Part shown: piece after piece, positions 54,601-57,742 of the stretch | Layout of the letters: the number at the start of each line of letters is the position of its first letter | Position numbering within the stretch: position 1 is the stretch's first letter | Assembly (NCBI RefSeq): GCF_004010195.1 | Contig: NW_025215356.1 | Span: forward strand, 62,001 to 119,742 | From: Chiloscyllium plagiosum | Taxonomy: Eukaryota | DNA: 57,742 nt | Direction: 5' to 3' | The notes under the pieces: model-generated | Databases searched by the model: none | What the model saw: only the letters and a program-made list of their open reading frames with translations | Told to the model about the DNA's origin: nothing | Program-made: the position numbers and the translations under genes

Positions 54601-56536
54601 AAACATTCATAGCCCTCAGAGTAAAGAAGTTCCTCCAAATCTTGCTTGGAAATGACCGACTACTTAATCCGGGATTACGAACCCTTATTTAGTCACGTGA
54701 GGCAACCTCTCAATATCTATTCTATCAAGACCTCTTGGTATTTCATGTGTTTTAATGACGGCACCTCTCACTGTTCTGGAAACCAGAGAGAGTATAAGTT
54801 TATTGTACTCAATCTCATGCTTGCTAAAGCACCCTGACTAAAAAGAGAAGCCACTCAAAATTAAACAGCAGATACATCAGTTTCTAGGCAAAATAGTGGC
54901 TTATTCACATGCACTGGAGCATTTTAAATGTTTCTAATTAGAAAAATCAAAGGAGATCCAAAAACCAACAATGTCTGATGATGAAGGTGTTAAGTAAATA
55001 AGAAGCAATGATTGTCAGCAGCACTCAATTATCATGAAGAAACTGTCTTTAAAAGAACAAAAATCTTTCCATGCCCCAAACAGGAAGGAGAGAATCCTTA
55101 CAGATCTCTGCTAAAATCAAGACCTGAATGCTGATTGTACTTTAAACTTTTTCGGACAAATATTTATTAAGATTGCGACATTACAAAAGGGGTTGAGACC
55201 AGCCAATTGTTTAAATAGAATGTGCGGACGCTGTGAAAACAAAGATCTACCTTTCTGGCTTTCTCCACTGCAGCTTCACTCTCCCAGCCATAAGCATGTG
55301 TTCTTGAATGAGGATTGCCATAGGCGCTGACAAGGTAAGGAAGCATTGCGTCCAACACTCTAGGATCCTAAGAGTAAAATCAGTATCTTAAACAAGGTGT
55401 AAACATATTAAGAGTTACATACATGAGTACGCATTGGTTTGGTGGCAAGTCTCACAAAAGCTGTATCTAATTTTCTGTTTCAGAAGCTTGCTGTGCACAC
55501 ATTAGTTGCTGCATTTGCATCAGAAGAAACAACAGGACTTTGTCATATGTGAAAGTTTTTGGGTATGTTCATAATAATCCATAAGAATTACAAACCTGTT
55601 ACTGCAGTCTATACAGTTTAAAAATATACTTACTACAGTTCTCACATGAAATATAATTTATCATTAATCTAAGACATTTCATAAAAACATCATCAAGGCA
55701 GATGAGAAATTATTACTGCTTATACAAGTTTTGAAGAATTGATTTAGGAGAGAATTCAAGAGCTCAGATGAAGGCAAACATGCCTCTGGAATTGATTAAA
55801 CATAGGAATGGTCAAGAGACTGGAATCAGAGAAGCACAGAAATCTTTAGACCATCGTAGGAGGGAAAGGGAGATACAAATTGCAAGGGAGCATAAAATTC
55901 AATATGCCTGGGCAAACTGGTCAGCCATCTGATTACACAAATGCAACTTTAAAAAGTTCCTCTAATTTGTGTCTCATTGGATAGTTTGCATCAAGCATTC
56001 CTACCATTGGTGTGGTAGCCTGGAAATCCAAGTACAGAGGTCGAACTTTATCTGCAACATCTTTCAAAGAATCATTATCTAGGAAAAACGCAATAAATTT
56101 CAAAATTATGTTCGCTTTGGCAAACCATTTCAACTTCAGATGGCATCACATAAACCATTATTTTTCTCTCTTCAAAAATCCACCCTCTCTAATCCCAAAG
56201 CACCTTCTCTACAAGTCCGTTCACCCAATTCCCCTCATCCCAAAACACTTCCCCCCCCCCAATCCCTCCTACTCCCCAAAGTACCTCTCTCNNNNNNNNN
56301 NNNNNNNNNNNNNNNNNNNNNNNNNNNNNNNNNNNNNNNATCCCCCACCCCTTCCAATCCTTACCGCCCCCCCTCCGCTAACACACCTTTTAATCCATTC
56401 CCCTCCCCCAACTCAATGCGCGCCCCGCTGACTCACCATTCTCAGCCCCATCCCTCCGGCTCTGTGAGGCGCCGAACCTCCTGCACAGGATTCCTCGGGC
56501 CCCCGCGAAGCCCCTGAGGGCCGTCCTGCCGAGCAT
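30542..56536 (-). CDS. NFS1: Cysteine desulfurase NFS1, mitochondrial (IscS/NifS family), 13 coding exons, 446 aa
   Basis: Hand-spliced exons: 56536-56437, 56078-56005, 55367-55251, 45596-45513, 43857-43705, 42945-42852, 39312-39178, 36355-36198, 35377-35272, 33333-33252, 31553-31470, 30799-30710, 30605-30542. Total 1341 nt in one open frame, all introns GT-AG. Motifs: [78 protein letters not shown]-terminal WSQH*. Confidence 0.98.
30710..30799 (-). CDS. NFS1: NFS1 exon 12
   Basis: (R)[29 protein letters not shown](S); 90 nt. Confidence 0.97.
31470..31553 (-). CDS. NFS1: NFS1 exon 11 (catalytic cysteine)
   Basis: (S)[27 protein letters not shown](R); 84 nt. Confidence 0.97.
32700..33120 (+). 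mobile_element. CR1-clade LINE 3' end (NFS1 intron 10)
   Basis: ..[24 protein letters not shown].. and tail gaagggcccgttcctgtgctgtac. Confidence 0.82.
33252..33333 (-). CDS. NFS1: NFS1 exon 10
   Basis: (G)[26 protein letters not shown](S); 82 nt. Confidence 0.97.
33365..34350 (+). mobile_element. Penelope-like retroelement remnant (GIY-YIG endonuclease region) in NFS1 intron 9
   Basis: Degenerate translation gives ..[80 protein letters not shown]. Inverted 5' terminal piece; 14-bp TSD at 33351-33364 / 34351-34364 with 1 mismatch. Confidence 0.85.
35272..35377 (-). CDS. NFS1: NFS1 exon 9
   Basis: [35 protein letters not shown](G); 106 nt, CAG/GTAAC flanks. Confidence 0.96.
36198..36355 (-). 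CDS. NFS1: NFS1 exon 8
   Basis: (G)[52 protein letters not shown]; 158 nt; inside ORF-track entry 36165..36398. Confidence 0.98.
36720..37405 (+). mobile_element. Two adjacent CR1-type 3' fragments (NFS1 intron 7)
   Basis: [40 protein letters not shown].. Confidence 0.85.
39178..39312 (-). CDS. NFS1: NFS1 exon 7 (PLP-binding lysine)
   Basis: (G)[44 protein letters not shown](G); 135 nt. Confidence 0.97.
39965..42600 (+). mobile_element. Deu-domain-like SINE split by the 40063-42297 CR1 (head 39965-40062, body 42298-42600)
   Basis: tRNA-like head ggttcagtggtag..tgggttcaagtcc; body gtactgagg..gagatgttaaacaaaggc..gagttctccctggtgtcctggccaatat. Family name recalled from memory. Related pieces at about 7555-7720, 8200-8360, 16905-17220, 26390-26700(-) and 55480-55570. 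Confidence 0.6.
40063..42297 (-). mobile_element. CR1-clade LINE, about 2.2 kb, 5'-truncated (NFS1 intron 6)
   Basis: ORF-track fragments: [48 protein letters not shown] motifs with frameshifts. Confidence 0.93.
42852..42945 (-). CDS. NFS1: NFS1 exon 6
   Basis: [31 protein letters not shown](G); 94 nt. The AG|GTGTGT donor is required by frame. Confidence 0.95.
43220..43562 (-). mobile_element. SINE family (third type); another copy at about 37450-37680 (+)
   Basis: Shared core ctggttcactaatg..aggaa..tgcc..cttac..tggcct..atgtgactccagacccacaac. The 3' tail resembles that of the LINE at 9880-11050. Confidence 0.65.
43705..43857 (-). CDS. NFS1: NFS1 exon 5
   Basis: [51 protein letters not shown]; 153 nt. 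Confidence 0.97.
45513..45596 (-). CDS. NFS1: NFS1 exon 4
   Basis: [28 protein letters not shown]; 84 nt, CAG/GTAC flanks. Confidence 0.97.
45833..45971 (-). mobile_element. Penelope-like terminal fragment (third family) with hammerhead-like core
   Basis: Minus strand CTGATGAAGGTGCAGCACTCTGAAAGCTT (45918-45890), followed by a PLE-type terminus (..cctgttggacaataacctgatgttgtg..). Confidence 0.6.
45972..46450 (-). mobile_element. Internally deleted Penelope-like element (second family)
   Basis: Fragments [23 protein letters not shown] and [43 protein letters not shown], typical of the PLE RT C-terminus and GIY-YIG C-terminus. Confidence 0.8.
47200..47720 (-). mobile_element. RTE-clade LINE 3' fragment
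   Basis: PSIEALI..; [29 protein letters not shown], which resembles the RTE ORF C-terminus (GGQKKRFKDTLKxSL..WExLA). Confidence 0.65.
48475..48594 (+). mobile_element. 120-bp Penelope-like fragment inserted in a CR1
   Basis: Perfect 14-bp TSD CCATCCCCCTACAC (48461-48474 / 48595-48608). It ends in gatctccagcgtctgcagacctcactttct, the same terminus as the 4910 family. Confidence 0.8.
50361..50678 (-). mobile_element. tRNA-derived SINE (HE1-like) inserted in CR1 A
   Basis: Highly similar to 2882-3174; (TAGAT)4 tail. Confidence 0.88.
55251..55367 (-). CDS. NFS1: NFS1 exon 3
   Basis: [39 protein letters not shown]; 117 nt, AG/GT flanks. Confidence 0.97.
56005..56078 (-). CDS. NFS1: NFS1 exon 2
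   Basis: tttttcctag acceptor, (D)[29 protein letters not shown] donor; 74 nt. Confidence 0.93.
56292..56339. other. Assembly gap (48 N) in NFS1 intron 1
   Basis: Run of N inside C-rich low-complexity sequence. Confidence 1.
56437..56536 (-). CDS. NFS1: NFS1 exon 1 (Arg-rich mitochondrial targeting presequence)
   Basis: ATG at 56536 (GCGACATGC), [33 protein letters not shown], then a G|GTGAGT donor. 100 nt; phase 1 matches exon 2. Lies in a CpG-rich region. Confidence 0.88.
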
Positions 56537-56690
56537 GTCGCAGTGAAGGCGCCCCTTGTCCCGGGGGCAGGTTTCAAAACCTGCGGCAAACAACTCAACC
56601 CAATACCGGAAGCTGCCGGTGACCTCTCACCTTAGCAACGGAAATGACGAAAGCCGCTGCCCCGGGAAGCCAATCGCCGGGGAAAGTGAC
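56537..56690 (-). promoter_or_regulatory. NFS1 5' UTR and CpG-rich proximal promoter
   Basis: CpG-rich sequence directly 5' of the ATG. ETS-type CCGGAAG at 56606-56612, RFX-like half site CTTAGCAAC at 56631-56639, CCAAT at 56670-56674. Confidence 0.7.
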
Positions 56691-57024
56691 TGAAACAAAA
56701 TGAATAGAGTTCTGGAAATAGATGTCACACCGATAAACTAAATCAGGCCAGAGAGGGAGCAGATAGTATTGTTAATACTTTGTAATAGCCTTTTATTATT
56801 TCATGGAATCCGAGTCCGATATTGTCGTTCCGCAAATCTGTATCAAAACGCTCCGATCTATTTGATGATTATTAATTGAAATGAATTGCAAGTTGTTCCC
56901 ACAATTATTTAAAAACAAAGAGGTGAACCGCAGGCTTCTGCCTAACGCACGGGCCTGTCGCTGGCTTAGGATATGCAGGATTTGACTTTGGTCTGGCGTA
57001 ACGGCAGCTCAACGAGCTGCGTCT

Positions 57025-57450
57025 ATTGTAATTGGTCTGTCCACATGACAGTCACATACACGCCTCCTCCATTTCAGCTCCGATTGGTCAATGCTCCTGT
57101 CCATCAGGATCACTGCCGGACACCCTCCCCTTTTCCAGTGTCGACTGGTTAGTGTACCTATCTATCAAAATCACCACCAGACACGCCCCTTCTTCAGCGT
57201 CTATTGGCCAGTGTGACTGTCGATCAAGAACACCTCCTCTTTCCCAGTGCCGATCCGTCATTACATCTGTCCGTCATGATCACACCCCCTTTTCCAGCGT
57301 CTATTGGCCAGTGCGACAGTCCATCGCGATCCAGCGTCTATTGGCCAGTGCGACAGTCCATCACGATCAACGCCGGACACACCTCCGCTTTTCCAGCGAC
57401 GATTGGCCGGTGTGCCTGTCCATCAGCCTAGCCTGACGTACCCGCCCCCT
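57025..57450. repeat. Degenerate 37-60 bp tandem array carrying CCAAT (NF-Y-like) and CACCC/GC boxes; probable promoter
   Basis: ATTGG at 57031, 57083, 57203, 57303, 57340 and 57402, plus 2 degenerate copies. Near-perfect 37-bp duplication at 57294-57330 / 57331-57367. GC box CCCGCCCC at 57441. Confidence 0.75.
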
Positions 57451-57742
57451 CCTCCCGAGTTGCTGGCCGGGTCAGATACAGGGCGTGAGCGCTCCAACCT
57501 GTTGCACCAGTTTGTGTGGAGTGGAGGTCTCTAAGAGAGGAGGGGTGGCACAACAGCTGAATTCCGCTGGATGCAGATCCTTCGACGAGTTGGGTGAGTT
57601 AAATATGAAATTGCAGGCTGTGGGCACAGGCCATGATCTCTCAGGACAGACTTGTACTGTCTGTTCTGCAATGTCTGAAGAGGAAGGGTCACTGGAAACG
57701 TTAACACTCTTCACAGATACTGCAAGGATCTGCTGAATTTCT

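Noticed and set aside
56390..56593. ORF-track start at TTG 56593 extending the NFS1 N-terminus
   Set aside because: Bacterial-style start codon. The first in-frame ATG is 56536 and gives a typical presequence.
57032..57534. ORFs with repeated ASIGQCD / SSVYWPV peptides; CRISPR-like appearance
   Set aside because: Translation of a degenerate tandem repeat. There are no unique spacers or cas genes, and the context is eukaryotic.

Overview
Eukaryotic genomic DNA, most likely an elasmobranch (shark), judged from its SINE, CR1 and Penelope repeat content. The main feature is a complete 13-exon NFS1 gene (mitochondrial cysteine desulfurase) on the minus strand, CDS 56536 to 30542. I reconstructed it by hand: 1341 nt, 446 aa, all introns GT-AG, with the PLP lysine (SGHK), the RRRPR motif and the catalytic cysteine (SSGSACTS) intact. 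A second CpG-island promoter at about 22050-22450 probably starts another minus-strand gene. No coding exon of it is recognisable in 1-21300; CPNE1/RBM12 is a synteny-based guess only. Upstream of NFS1 lies a CCAAT/GC-box tandem array and a possible divergent first exon. The rest is dense with decayed transposons: CR1, L2 and RTE LINEs, tRNA-derived SINEs, a solo LTR with a 4-bp TSD, a Tc1/pogo-type MITE, and many Penelope-like insertions with 11-15 bp TSDs and minimal hammerhead-ribozyme-like cores. There are two assembly gaps. I found no convincing new protein-coding system. The most interesting signals are the hammerhead-bearing fold-back Penelope derivatives, the solo LTR, a Penelope TSD that duplicated a probable NFS1 branch point, and the absence of the human NFS1 Met61 alternative start.
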